A stretch of DNA of 64,000 bases from Candidatus Saccharimonadota bacterium (lineage in GTDB: Bacteria > Patescibacteriota > Saccharimonadia > CAILAD01 > GCA-016700035): NCBI GenBank assembly GCA_046350755.1, contig JAXLZV010000001.1, forward strand, positions 160,216 to 224,215, given 5' to 3'. The notes beneath the pieces are model-generated. The model was not told the DNA's origin. It did not search any database and worked only from the letters and a program-made list of their open reading frames with translations. Of the stretch, positions 41,801 through 51,040 are shown one piece after another. The position numbers were made by a program, and so were the translations under genes. Numbering within the stretch: position 1 is the stretch's first letter; each line of letters starts with the position of its first letter.

Positions 41801-42477
41801 GCATCACCGGTAACGACCTTGCCGAGTCCCAGCTCCTGGGCAAGCTTTCGTAAGCCAGCGTTTACCTTATCCTGCGGCTCCCAGCCAATATGTGGCTGCA
41901 TTTCCAGATAATAATTATCCTTCCCGAAAGTCTGTGCATACCACTCGGCCGCCAGCTTGGCTTCTGCATAATTATCCGCTAGCAAATGGGTGCCAACCTC
42001 GCCACCAATACAACCGGTAAGGGCAATGAGGCCTTCGTGATACTTCTCGATCAGCTCACGATCGATCCGTGGCTTGTAGTAAAAGCCCTCGAGGTTTGCG
42101 ATAGTAGACAGCTGCATAAGATTCTTGTAGCCTGTTTCATTCATGGCTAGAAGCGTGAGGTGATAGGGACTGCGGTCTTCGCGCGTACTCTTATCAGTGT
42201 GTTTGCGTGGTGCGACGTAGGCCTCCATGCCAATAATCGGCTTAATATCGCGCTTCTTGCACTGTGTGTAGAACTCAATTGCTCCCGACAACGTACCGTG
42301 ATCGGTAATCGCGACTGCTGTTTGGCCCAGCTCTTGTACCCAATCCAGCATATCGGGAATCTTCTGTAAGCCATCGAGTAGCGAATAATGGGTGTGATTA
42401 TGTAGGTGTACAAAAGGTACCGACTGTTTTTTCACAGTCGTAGCCTTCCCCTGCTCTGTCGCCGCCGCACGTGTCAT
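38869..42477 (-). CDS. dnaE: DNA polymerase III alpha subunit
   Basis: PHP domain, GRGSAAGS, PDIDMDF, FNKSHA, OB fold; start chosen 10 nt after TACAAT. Confidence 0.97.
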   Translation of the reverse strand: MTRAAATEQGKATTVKKQSVPFVHLHNHTHYSLLDGLQKIPDMLDWVQELGQTAVAITDHGTLSGAIEFYTQCKKRDIKPIIGMEAYVAPRKHTDKSTREDRSPYHLTLLAMNETGYKNLMQLSTIANLEGFYYKPRIDRELIEKYHEGLIALTGCIGGEVGTHLLADNYAEAKLAAEWYAQTFGKDNYYLEMQPHIGWEPQDKVNAGLRKLAQELGLGKVVTGDAHYSKESQHYAHDILLCVQTGSTIEDPNRFKLDQDLSIHSGDSIAERFPDDLDALENTVKIAERCNLEIELGKILIPKFEVPEGRTEREYLRELVYQGAMWRYGNIPKEDISHYGEKTARPKLPKEVVERIEYELEVIARMGYDGYFLIVADLLNWSKNQGIVCGPGRGSAAGSIVAYVTNITDLDPLKYELLFERFLNPDRISMPDIDMDFADDRREEVIAYATEKYGQEKVAQIITFGVMAARNAVRDTGRVLAMPYGEVDAIAKLIPAPIQGRHIPLKKSIVDDPDLKKEYDTNPRTKRLIDIAMQLEGTIRNAGTHAAGVVIAPEPLVEYVPLTRASKGGVSTQYIGTTMEDLGLLKFDFLGLSNLTIIKNALRIIKRVYGKTIDVGEIPIDDTATYELLARGDTTGVFQLESAGMKRYIRELKPDRFEDIIAMVALYRPGPMQWIEDFIGRKHHPERIHFDHPKMEAALKETYGIIVYQEQVMQISKDLCGFTGGQADTLRKGIGKKIPEVIAKMKKDFIEGAIKHSDADRSFVEQLWGSIEDFAAYCFNKSHAACYALIAVQTAYLKAHYPAAFMAALLTSDHGNLDRVAIEVSECRKMGMEVLPPDVNESFAEFAVVKDSSGEGKDVIRFGLAAIKNVGVGPVNAILAAREEGGSFTSIEDFVRRVDAREINKKAIEALMKVGAFDSIGDRATLFANLDKIVIYMSKVQKNALSGQIDIFGSMGATEDVPSLPLDAPSEILGEREFLQWEKELLGLYLSSHPLREVEAWLREKTTPAVALKPGMDGEKVTVGGVITTVRKIVTKKGDAMAFVGLETIQGDIELIVFPRAYDATPDLWVADQLVVVQGKVNAKDRDGKTTEDIKVMADKAKKIDASVLKHYIATGEALVPELDPSAAQEAARIVITLQDLKDQVVLLRLKTVLQAAPGQTETMVQLASTGQKIRLPFKVAVSEKLKSQLADVVAEDALLVE

Positions 42478-42604
42478 ATCACTTACCATTGTACGCCAAG
42501 AACGCGAGCGTTTTAATCTTGACTTTTATGCTCATTTATGATATCGTGCGCGAGTTCTATGTAATCGCATGGATAACCTTCACAACCTAGAGAAAGAGGA
42601 CGCC

Positions 42605-43288
42605 ATGAAGTCTTCAGGTGAGTTGCTCCGAGAATATCTCGAGCAGCAGCCCGAGAAGATCAAGGATGTGCGCAATTTCTGTAATGTTGCTAGCAAGACC
42701 GTGAGATCGTGGCTCAAGGGTACCAACCCGAAGGGCATCACACAGTGTAGACTCTTCGTCTACCTACTCGAACAGCAGCTAGCGCCAGCAGAGTTGCTCA
42801 AGACCGAACCCGACATCATTCTCCTTGCCGTTCTGGTGGCTCACGACTATGTGAGCTCTCAAGAGGCCATGAAGGTGATGGGCTCTACCTCCAAGTCTGA
42901 TCAGCAGCTCTGGGGTTGGATCCGTAGCGACACACAGCCGCTGCCCAAAGCCCTAGAGCTCCTGCAAGACTGGCTGGATGCAGTCGATGGCGATCGCTCA
43001 CGAAGACTGATCGCCGCAGAATTTCTCGGTACGACAACCGTGGCGGAGCAATCCCCCGCAAACGTCATTCCGTTGTCGTTCGACTCGAGCGACCAGATCA
43101 TCGAGAATTTGGCAGCATTGTTGTCAGCGGTCTACCCACTCGCCAAGCGCGTGGAAGCCGATGACTTCAGTAATGCCGACCGTGAACGCCTTCGGGCGCT
43201 GATCGGTGAAGACCAGTTCTTCAAGCTCACGAACGCCCTGACCCGCCTCTCCGGCACCAAGGCACGTTCGTACACCCAGTCCATTTAA
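42605..43288 (+). CDS. Putative tandem XRE-like HTH protein
   Basis: Two HTH-like segments ending W..G..P / W....QP; AGAGGA SD; TTGACT-17-TATCGT promoter. Confidence 0.6.
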   Translation: MKSSGELLREYLEQQPEKIKDVRNFCNVASKTVRSWLKGTNPKGITQCRLFVYLLEQQLAPAELLKTEPDIILLAVLVAHDYVSSQEAMKVMGSTSKSDQQLWGWIRSDTQPLPKALELLQDWLDAVDGDRSRRLIAAEFLGTTTVAEQSPANVIPLSFDSSDQIIENLAALLSAVYPLAKRVEADDFSNADRERLRALIGEDQFFKLTNALTRLSGTKARSYTQSI

Positions 43289-43311
43289 CCCAACACCCCA
43301 AGGAGTACGGC

Positions 43312-45009
43312 ATGACCCGCCGTCGACGTCCCCGTCCAACCCAGGGTGGCCGTAAGGCCCCCGCGACCCCGGCGACACCTCAGCCCATTCGGGATAAGGT
43401 GTCGTTCAACCAGGGCAAGGTCATCATGCACCTTGCCAAGTCGACCTACACCACGTTGATCCAGGTGATCGCTGAGTGCGTCCAGAACGCACTCGACGCC
43501 GGTGCAACCGTCATCGACATCGCTGTCGATGAGAAGCGGCGCAGCATCGTCGTTGCCGACAACGGCGGTGGCGTGACTCTGGAGAAGTTCCACGAGGCCC
43601 TTGGCTCCGTTGGGCATGGGATCAAGGATCCCGGCTCACTCGGACGCTTCGGCCTCGGCCTCATCTCGCCGCTCGATAAGTGCGACTACTACACCTTCAG
43701 CTCCTGGCTTCCCGGCGAGTCGAAGGGGTGGTGCTGGACCTTCCGGGCCGGTGAGATCGAGGCGATGGCCGACGAAGTCGACATCCCTCGGGCTGGTGCC
43801 AAGCGTCACGCTGGCGCTGAGTGGAATACCATCGTGCGCATCCACCGCTACACCTCCGACTCGCAGACGGCCGCAATGACGGCTGAACGCGTCGAGGAAT
43901 TCGTGCAGTCCAAGCTGGGACCCACCATGCGCAAGCGCGGTGTGACCTGCCGGCTGCACTTCGGTGGCCCAGACGGCGAGGTCGTCCAGAAGACGATCAA
44001 GCCGACCGACTTCACCGGTGAGCCTTTCGAGATCACGATCTACACCGAGCCCGACGCGGGCGAAGTGGAGTTCGAGCTCTACCGCGCCCGCAAGACGACC
44101 AAGGGTCGTCAGGGCATGGTGAGTCTCTCGGAAGCGGATGCCCCATACCCGATCACCTTCACCGAGTTCAAGCGGCAGGCTCACGCCTTCCTCGGCGACG
44201 ACGTGAAGAAGGCTCTCAGCTCCGGCTACTTTGAGGGCATCATTCGAGCCAAGAAGGTGGAGCTGCATCCCAACCGCCGCAAGTTCGTCTGGAATGACGC
44301 GGTTGTCGGGCTCTGCATCGCCATCGAACAGTGGTTCGAAGACATCGGGCACAAGCTCTACACCGATGAGCAGGTCCAGGAAGAGGAGGCTCGCCTCCAG
44401 CGCCTGGGCGTGCAGACGCTCGACCGGCTGAAGGATCTCCTCAAGCTGGAAGAGTCGGAACACCTGCGCAAGATCATCGAAAGCCTGCATGTCGGCTCGA
44501 TCGGCAGTGGGCACAACGAGCTCCCCAGCTCGGGGGACATGGATGAGCGTGGTTTGCGCTCTGGTCAGGGCGGCACGGGCAAGCCCCGCAACCGCAATGG
44601 TCAGACCAAGCCACGTGATCCGTCGAAGCCCAAGCAGCCCGAACGGACCGGCGACAAGCCGGGTGTCTCGGTTGGCCCCGAGGGCCAGCACCGCAAGGTG
44701 GTGCGCGACAGCTCGACCGGTATCTCCATCTGCCACGAGATCCTGCCCGGTTCCGACCGACTGTGGGAGATCGACGCAGCGTCGGCGATGATCTACATCA
44801 ACGTGCGTCACCCGGTGTTCTTGCTCGTCGAGCACGCCGACACGTACGTCTTGCAGCTGCAGGAGTGGATCGTGCTGCAGGCGCTGTCGTTGCTGATGTT
44901 CCCGGTCGACAGCCGAGAGCTCCTCCACGACTACGCAGACAGCTACGCTCGCGAGTTCGTGGTGGTCTCGATCCTCGGATCGAGACAGCGCCGCCGCGGT
45001 AGCGTCTGA
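43312..45009 (+). CDS. GHKL-family ATPase (MORC/MutL/Hsp90-like)
   Basis: ECVQNALDA, DNGGG, GRFGLG, T box, C-terminal IYINVRHP; AAGGAG SD. Confidence 0.85.
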   Translation: MTRRRRPRPTQGGRKAPATPATPQPIRDKVSFNQGKVIMHLAKSTYTTLIQVIAECVQNALDAGATVIDIAVDEKRRSIVVADNGGGVTLEKFHEALGSVGHGIKDPGSLGRFGLGLISPLDKCDYYTFSSWLPGESKGWCWTFRAGEIEAMADEVDIPRAGAKRHAGAEWNTIVRIHRYTSDSQTAAMTAERVEEFVQSKLGPTMRKRGVTCRLHFGGPDGEVVQKTIKPTDFTGEPFEITIYTEPDAGEVEFELYRARKTTKGRQGMVSLSEADAPYPITFTEFKRQAHAFLGDDVKKALSSGYFEGIIRAKKVELHPNRRKFVWNDAVVGLCIAIEQWFEDIGHKLYTDEQVQEEEARLQRLGVQTLDRLKDLLKLEESEHLRKIIESLHVGSIGSGHNELPSSGDMDERGLRSGQGGTGKPRNRNGQTKPRDPSKPKQPERTGDKPGVSVGPEGQHRKVVRDSSTGISICHEILPGSDRLWEIDAASAMIYINVRHPVFLLVEHADTYVLQLQEWIVLQALSLLMFPVDSRELLHDYADSYAREFVVVSILGSRQRRRGSV

Positions 45010-45030
45010 TCCTTTCTCTCTAGTTGTTTC

Positions 45031-45065
45031 GCCGGAGCCCTTTGGGCTCCGGTTTTCTTTTTATT
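45031..45065 (+). terminator. Intrinsic terminator
   Basis: CCGGAGCCC-TTT-GGGCTCCGG followed by TTTTCTTTTT. Confidence 0.8.
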
Positions 45066-45154
45066 CAGCGTCATGAATCTATTGACTTTAAACCCTTATG
45101 ATTGTAATATATTTTTACTGTTCGCCCGAACATTCGTACCTTACAAGGAGCACT

Positions 45155-45835
45155 GTGGATACACCAACCGAACCCACCAAACGACAGCCGGGAGCCGCAT
45201 CGACGCGCTCCTGCAGCCTGAACGAAGCTCTGTCGAGCTTCTATGCCCTCAAGGGATGGCTCAGACGGCGCCAGCTCGATGACTGGCTGCCACAGCTCGC
45301 CATCGTCTGGACCGACCGCAACGGCCATGCCGTTCTGGCAATCCGTGGCGACAACGCCATGGGCCCTGCACCGCAGGATGCCAATCAGGCGGCCCAAGCC
45401 GCATTGCGCCCGCACTGCATCGAGCAGGGAGCTGCCACCATTCAGACAGCCGCCAAGCAGGTGCTGGGGGCAGTTGGGGTCTACGGACGCAGTCCAGCCG
45501 ACAACCATCTCGTCGCCTGCCTGGCAGCGGAGTTGGTCTTCGAGCCAGATATGCCAGCAGAACTCCTTGAGGTCTGCGTCGAGGAGCGCTTCCAGCAAGA
45601 CGGCCTCGAAGTCCCAGACGTGCCATTGGCGGTCTCGCCAGGTGTGTCATCATTCGCAGGTTTGCAAGCGGTGATGGCTGGAGCTGGCGTGTTGAGGCTC
45701 TTGCCTGGCCAAACCTACGGCTGGCCGAGCCAGCTCGATCCGCCGCTGACGCAACCACAAGCCGGTGTCAGACTCATCACCGAGCGTGACATCCCCGGCC
45801 ACGTACCGGGGCATGGTGGTGGACTCTTCGGCTGA
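45155..45835 (+). CDS. Hypothetical protein
   Basis: TTGACT-17-TAATAT promoter, AAGGAG SD, GTG start, hairpin at about 45857-45885. Confidence 0.6.
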   Translation: MDTPTEPTKRQPGAASTRSCSLNEALSSFYALKGWLRRRQLDDWLPQLAIVWTDRNGHAVLAIRGDNAMGPAPQDANQAAQAALRPHCIEQGAATIQTAAKQVLGAVGVYGRSPADNHLVACLAAELVFEPDMPAELLEVCVEERFQQDGLEVPDVPLAVSPGVSSFAGLQAVMAGAGVLRLLPGQTYGWPSQLDPPLTQPQAGVRLITERDIPGHVPGHGGGLFG

Positions 45836-45904
45836 TCATTCTCACACAACCTCTCAGGGCGGGTACCATCACGGTACTCGCCCCTCATTATGTCTTTAAT
45901 AAAC

Positions 45905-46198
45905 TTATTTTACGGTTTGCGTGGTGGCGTTTTGCTCAATTGAGCGGAAGAAGTCACCGATATATGGCAGACCACCAAAAACTGTCACCGCCCACCCTAA
46001 AGCGACGATAATAAGTGCCACACCGATGGTCAGACCAATACCGCGATAAATGCCAGCTCGAAAGTTTAACCAAGCAAAACGCCAGCGGTCATTGAGTAAT
46101 TCCATAAACTCTTCGGCACCTACGAGGCTAGCCGCTGCCCGACTGGCATCGAGCTGCTGTTCGCGCGTCGATTGTGGCTTACTTTTTCGCGCCGCCAC
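45905..46198 (-). CDS. Small membrane protein (DUF5665-like)
   Basis: NFRAGIYRGIGLTIG pattern plus TM. Confidence 0.65.
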   Translation of the reverse strand: MAARKSKPQSTREQQLDASRAAASLVGAEEFMELLNDRWRFAWLNFRAGIYRGIGLTIGVALIIVALGWAVTVFGGLPYIGDFFRSIEQNATTQTVK

Positions 46199-46745
46199 GA
46201 GGAGTTGTCTTCTTTGCTGGAGTCTTCTTCGTAGTCGATTTCGCCGCCGGCTTCTTTGCAGTTGACTTTGGCTGGGCGATCTTCTTGGCAGAGGTTGCCA
46301 CCTGCTCAGCCGACTTGGTAACTTGCTTCGAGACCTGCTTCACTTCGCGCTGAGTACTTGCTCCGACTTTCTTGGCCACAACTTCTAGCTCGGCAAGCAC
46401 AGCTCGACCTTCGTCGATCAGCTTTTTCGCTTCTTCGGTGAGTTCGGCCTTTGTCTCTGAACCCGAGCTGGAGAGCTTGAGCGCAGTCGCATTCATCTGA
46501 TCCTTGAGCTTTTCGGCTCGCTTGATGAGCTCCTTGGTTTCAACTACCGACTCGTCTTTCACGCGTACGCTAGCTTCCTTTACTCGATCCAGACCCTTAC
46601 CGAGCTGAGTCTTCACATCGTCAAAGGTATGATGTATGTCTTCTCGCGTTTCCTTGCCGCTTTTTGGGGCAAAGAGCAAAGCTCCAGCACCAGCAATAGC
46701 GGCTCCGATACCTAACCCCTTAATAAATCCGCCTTTTTTTGCCAT
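46179..46745 (-). CDS. YtxH-domain protein
   Basis: GLGIGAAIAG...LLFAPKSGKETREDI; GGAGG SD; Lys/Ala-rich tail. Confidence 0.85.
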   Translation of the reverse strand: MAKKGGFIKGLGIGAAIAGAGALLFAPKSGKETREDIHHTFDDVKTQLGKGLDRVKEASVRVKDESVVETKELIKRAEKLKDQMNATALKLSSSGSETKAELTEEAKKLIDEGRAVLAELEVVAKKVGASTQREVKQVSKQVTKSAEQVATSAKKIAQPKSTAKKPAAKSTTKKTPAKKTTPRGGAKK

Positions 46746-46746
46746 C

Positions 46747-47010
46747 TTACTTTCTCCTCCCGCGACGTCGCGTATTATCGCGCATGATCTGCGCAAAAAT
46801 TGCACTCATTGTCATCGGGTTAATAATCTTTTCTTTCACTTCATGCACGATATCGGCCGCTGTCTTCGTGCCATCTTGGGCAATCTCGGCAATATTTTGA
46901 ATCGTCTTCATCAGCTTATTGGCACCAATGAAGAAGGCAATCATAATTCCGAGCAGCACAAGCACTGCAACCGACAGTACAATAATCAGAATAAACAGTG
47001 TCACTTCCAT
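46747..47010 (-). CDS. Small membrane protein (YoxC/DUF948-like)
   Basis: N-terminal TM plus amphipathic helix, directly upstream of YtxH gene. Confidence 0.6.
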   Translation of the reverse strand: MEVTLFILIIVLSVAVLVLLGIMIAFFIGANKLMKTIQNIAEIAQDGTKTAADIVHEVKEKIINPMTMSAIFAQIMRDNTRRRGRRK

Positions 47011-47012
47011 AA

Positions 47013-47675
47013 TTACTTCCCTTTCTTTGTTCGCATTGTAGCAGGTTTGCGCGATACAACGGAAGCGGCTTTGGCACGAGCGGTGGCTATTCGACTCTCT
47101 GGCGGCTTACCGTGATGCCCGCGCTCAATTAGCTCAAAGGTATTCTTATCGATCAAACTGTTTGGCACCACAAATATTACGCCCGCCTCGTCCTTGAGTC
47201 GTGTCTTCCGCACGTCCATGTCAATAATGATGCCTTCGACCTTTTGATCAACGCCAACTTTTACGCGATCACCGATGCGAAAATGACGATCGCGAGACAG
47301 ATTAATGCCCGATATCGTATCGCCGACCGTGGCCGAAAAGCCATTTGAAAAGGCCAGCGCCAAGACAGCAAAGGCGCCTGAGATCGCAAATGCTACATTC
47401 GACAGCCCAGCTAGCTGCAGGAAGGCGATGATCAGCAGCATCCACAGTACAATATCGACCAGCTTAACCGTTACCTTAATGGTCGCCTTTGGCAAACGAG
47501 CGACCCCCAAGACTCGAACCATGATCTTTGAGACGATCCGAATCGTAATAATCCCGACGATGACCAGGATAATCGCCTTCGGCAGACTCGGCACCGTACC
47601 ACCCAGCCAGGAGCTCACCGATTGTGTCATCGTCTGAGTGATTGAGGTTGCAGTCGCATTCGTGGCTGGATTCAT
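47013..47675 (-). CDS. Small-conductance mechanosensitive channel family protein
   Basis: 3 TMs, FRIGDRV, EGII.D, VPNS. Confidence 0.85.
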   Translation of the reverse strand: MNPATNATATSITQTMTQSVSSWLGGTVPSLPKAIILVIVGIITIRIVSKIMVRVLGVARLPKATIKVTVKLVDIVLWMLLIIAFLQLAGLSNVAFAISGAFAVLALAFSNGFSATVGDTISGINLSRDRHFRIGDRVKVGVDQKVEGIIIDMDVRKTRLKDEAGVIFVVPNSLIDKNTFELIERGHHGKPPESRIATARAKAASVVSRKPATMRTKKGK

Positions 47676-47691
47676 ACCAACATCATACAGC

Positions 47692-49152
47692 TTATGCTTT
47701 TTCTAGGGTAGTCCGCAGAATGTTATTGACGATCTGCGGATTAGCTTGGCCGCGCGTCTCTTTCATCACCTGACCAACAAAAAACCCGAGCGCCTTGGCA
47801 TTACCAGATCGATAATCGGCTACCGCTTGCGGATGAGCTGCAACAATTCGCTGAATAATCGCCTCCAGCTCTCCGGTATCCGAAATCTGCTTCATGCCGC
47901 GAGCTTCGATGATTGACTGCGGGTCTTCGCCAGTCTCGCACATTACCATGAAGACTTCCTTAGCCTGGGTGGAAAACAATTCGCCAGAATGCTGCTTGTC
48001 GATCAGCGCTGCTAGTTGCTCCGAGGTAAATTTTGGTGCGATGCTGGCAGCCGCAAAGTCATCCTCGCCGCCAGTTTGCGTCTTGAGCCAAGCCTGATAG
48101 TCGCCCACCAGCCAATTTACTAACCGCTTCACACTTTCGGCTGGCAATAATTCGCGAGCTTCGGCAAAAAGCTGGCTCGTCAGACGCTGGCCAATGAGCA
48201 CATCTTGCTCGTCGACATTGAGACCAAGCTCAACCAGCTCGCGGCGAACGACAATCGGCAATACACCGACATACTTGTCTTGAGCATCACGCATATCTTG
48301 CGTGATTACGAGCGGCGGAATATCGGGTTCTGGAAAGTAACGATAATCATGTGCTTCTTCTTTCGAACGCTGTGAGAAGGTCTTGCCTTTGGCATCATCC
48401 CAGCCACGAGTCTCTTGGTCGATTACCCCACCCTTCTCAAGCACCGCAATCTGTCGCTCGATTTCGTAGGCCACGGCCCGCTCGGCGTTACGGAAGCTAT
48501 TGAGATTCTTTGTCTCAGTCCGGGTTCCAAGCTCATCCGAAGCCGAGACCGACACGTTCAAGTCAAATTTCATATTACCGTGCTGCATATCGCCAAGAGT
48601 GACGCCCAGCGTCGTAGCAATCGCATATATTTCCTGCAAATAGCGCTTGGCTTCCTGCGGAGTATGCATATCAGGGCGCGACACAATCTCAAGCAGCGGT
48701 GTACCAGCTCGATTCAGATCTACTAAAGAATAGGATTTGCCAGCTGGATGAATCAGTTTGCCAGCGTCCTCTTCCAAATGAGCTCGTTCAATGCCAATGC
48801 GGCGAAACTCACCATTCAGAAAGATTTCCACCCAGCCATCTTCGAGAATTGGCTTATCGAACTGCGTGATCTGATAGCCTTTTGGATTATCCGGATAAAA
48901 ATAATTTTTTCTATCAAACTTCGTATCTTCGCGGACCCGAGCGTTCAGTCCCTTGCCAAGTCGAATGGCCAGCTCAACAGCTCGCGCGTTCGGCAAGGGC
49001 AGTGTTCCCGGGTAGCCCAAACACACCGGACAAACGTGTGTGTTTGGAGCGGCCGCAATCGAGTTGTTGTCACAGGCACAAAACATCTTTGACTGGGTGG
49101 CCAGCTGGACATGGATCTCAATACCAATGGTCGGCGTATAGTGAGTACTCAT
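47692..49152 (-). CDS. gatB: Asp/Glu-tRNA amidotransferase subunit B
   Basis: IGIEIHVQL, RKNYFYPD, LNRAGTPLLEIVS, DYRYFPEPD. Confidence 0.97.
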   Translation of the reverse strand: MSTHYTPTIGIEIHVQLATQSKMFCACDNNSIAAAPNTHVCPVCLGYPGTLPLPNARAVELAIRLGKGLNARVREDTKFDRKNYFYPDNPKGYQITQFDKPILEDGWVEIFLNGEFRRIGIERAHLEEDAGKLIHPAGKSYSLVDLNRAGTPLLEIVSRPDMHTPQEAKRYLQEIYAIATTLGVTLGDMQHGNMKFDLNVSVSASDELGTRTETKNLNSFRNAERAVAYEIERQIAVLEKGGVIDQETRGWDDAKGKTFSQRSKEEAHDYRYFPEPDIPPLVITQDMRDAQDKYVGVLPIVVRRELVELGLNVDEQDVLIGQRLTSQLFAEARELLPAESVKRLVNWLVGDYQAWLKTQTGGEDDFAAASIAPKFTSEQLAALIDKQHSGELFSTQAKEVFMVMCETGEDPQSIIEARGMKQISDTGELEAIIQRIVAAHPQAVADYRSGNAKALGFFVGQVMKETRGQANPQIVNNILRTTLEKA

Positions 49153-49604
49153 GACAGCGTTACTCCGAGATCCTGTATGCCACGACCAAGTTTTCGTACG
49201 GCATCTTCGACCTGTGATTTGACGATATCAATCGCGACCTCGTGAGCGATCTGGTTGCGCAATTTATGAGCTGTCCAAATACCATTCAGATCCGAGAAAC
49301 GATCACCGTTGAGCTTCAGTCGATCACCCATAGTGTCGCCCTGAAACCCCTTAGCCTGCATGATGTAATCGAGCAGCTTGTCGGCCTCTAAGAGCGCGTT
49401 GCGTAAACCAGCTCCACCCTGCGTCTGCATCGCCTGGATCTCAGCCCAGCGCTGGTGCACTAGATCGAGATCCAGTCCTGACTGAGTTTGAGACGGCGGA
49501 GCTTCAAATTCGCTTGACCGACTTGATTTTGGATTCTGTCCACGCATGTACATCAATAAGCCACCGATCACGAGAGTCGCCAGAATTAATGAAACAAATG
49601 TCAT
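49149..49604 (-). CDS. Membrane-anchored HEPN/DUF4145-like protein
   Basis: N-terminal TM; EADKLLD; RNQIAH (Rx4H); ATGA overlaps with gatA and gatB. Confidence 0.6.
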   Translation of the reverse strand: MTFVSLILATLVIGGLLMYMRGQNPKSSRSSEFEAPPSQTQSGLDLDLVHQRWAEIQAMQTQGGAGLRNALLEADKLLDYIMQAKGFQGDTMGDRLKLNGDRFSDLNGIWTAHKLRNQIAHEVAIDIVKSQVEDAVRKLGRGIQDLGVTLS

Positions 49605-51040
49605 ACTGCCGTTACCTCGAGTCGAGTGTTGAGAATTGACTCCGCATCGCGGGCAGCGGCAAACAATGCTGTCTCACCTTTCTGTGGAGCGATTAGCTGC
49701 AGCCCCAGCGGTAAAGTCTTTACTCCTGCAATTGGCAGAGAAATCGCTGGCACTCCCGCCAGATTTGCCCCGACTGTCATGACATCAGCTAAATACATCT
49801 GCACAGGATCGTGAGTATTGGCACCAAATGCAAAAGCCGAGTCGGGGGTGGTTGGACCAATCAGAATATCAAACTCACCAAACGCCCGCCTAAAGTCCTC
49901 AATAATTAGCGTTCGTACCTGCATCGCTTTCTTATAGTAGGCGTCATAGTAGCCAGCCGAAAGAGTGTATGTACCAGTCAATACGCGACGCTGCACTTCA
50001 GGGCCTAAATGACGACCGCGCGTCTGACGATAGACTTCCTCTAGGCTATCTACATTGCGTTCACTCGAACCATAGCGAATGCCGTCATAGCGTTCGAGAT
50101 TGGAAGAAATCTCCGACGGAGTAACGATGTAATAACAAGGCAAAGCGTCAACCAAACGCGGTAATGATACAGTTTCAATCGCCCAACCAGCTTGACGCAA
50201 CTCTGCTAAAACCGCCTCATAGCGCAGGCGCACCGACTCCTCGAGGCCGTTCATATACTCCTCAATCAGGCCGACTTTTTTCGGCCGGGCAGCTGATGAA
50301 AAATCCGTCGACTCAAGGTCGATAGTTGTGGCATCGTGGGTATCCCGACCAGCAATAATCTCCGTTACCAGCGCCGCATCAGCGACAGTCCGCGCCAGTG
50401 GCCCAACCACATCGAGCGAGCTGGCCATCGCCACCACTCCGTAGCGACTGACGGCACCGTAGGTCGGCTTGACTCCAACCACGCCACAATAAGCCGCCGG
50501 CTGACGAATGCTGCCACCTGTATCAGTACCCAGCGAAAAGAGTCCGATCCCAGCCGCTACTGCCGCTGCTGAGCCGCCAGAGCTACCCCCTGGCACATGT
50601 CCTAGCTCATGTGGATTTTTACTCGGCCCATAGGCTGAATACTCGGTAGAGCCACCGTGAGCAAACTCATCCTGATTCACCTTAGCAATTAAAACCGCGT
50701 CCTCTGCGAGCAAAGCCTGCATCGCCGTTCCCGTGTAGGGAGCAATGAATTCATCGAGGATTTTACTAGCTGCAGTAGTGCGCGTACCAGCCACTAAAAA
50801 CATATCTTTCGCCGTGAATGGAATCCCCGCTAACACACCCAACTTATCGCCGGCTGCTCGACGGCGGTCAATGTCACGAGCTGCTTCAAGCGCCGCCTCA
50901 TCCAGTCGCGTCAGTACGGTCTGCAAACCATCATCGACCGCATCAATCCGGTCTAAATGGTCGCGGACAAGTTGTTCGGCTGTAATCTCACCGGCGGCCA
51001 GTCCCGCCAGCGCTTCATGAATCGTCGCAGGCTGGTTCAC
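49601..51040 (-). CDS. gatA: Asp/Glu-tRNA amidotransferase subunit A
   Basis: GGSSGGSAAAV, GTDTGGSIRQPA; GTG start overlapping gatC stop. Confidence 0.96.
   Translation of the reverse strand: MNQPATIHEALAGLAAGEITAEQLVRDHLDRIDAVDDGLQTVLTRLDEAALEAARDIDRRRAAGDKLGVLAGIPFTAKDMFLVAGTRTTAASKILDEFIAPYTGTAMQALLAEDAVLIAKVNQDEFAHGGSTEYSAYGPSKNPHELGHVPGGSSGGSAAAVAAGIGLFSLGTDTGGSIRQPAAYCGVVGVKPTYGAVSRYGVVAMASSLDVVGPLARTVADAALVTEIIAGRDTHDATTIDLESTDFSSAARPKKVGLIEEYMNGLEESVRLRYEAVLAELRQAGWAIETVSLPRLVDALPCYYIVTPSEISSNLERYDGIRYGSSERNVDSLEEVYRQTRGRHLGPEVQRRVLTGTYTLSAGYYDAYYKKAMQVRTLIIEDFRRAFGEFDILIGPTTPDSAFAFGANTHDPVQMYLADVMTVGANLAGVPAISLPIAGVKTLPLGLQLIAPQKGETALFAAARDAESILNTRLEVTAV

Noticed and set aside
43636-44928. 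430-aa antisense ORF inside the GHKL ATPase
   Set aside because: Shadow frame expected from strong C/G third-position bias; no motifs or RBS
33770-45900. Prophage or integron interpretation of the accessory genes
   Set aside because: No phage structural genes, integrase or attC-like repeats; the genes are interleaved with rplS and dnaE
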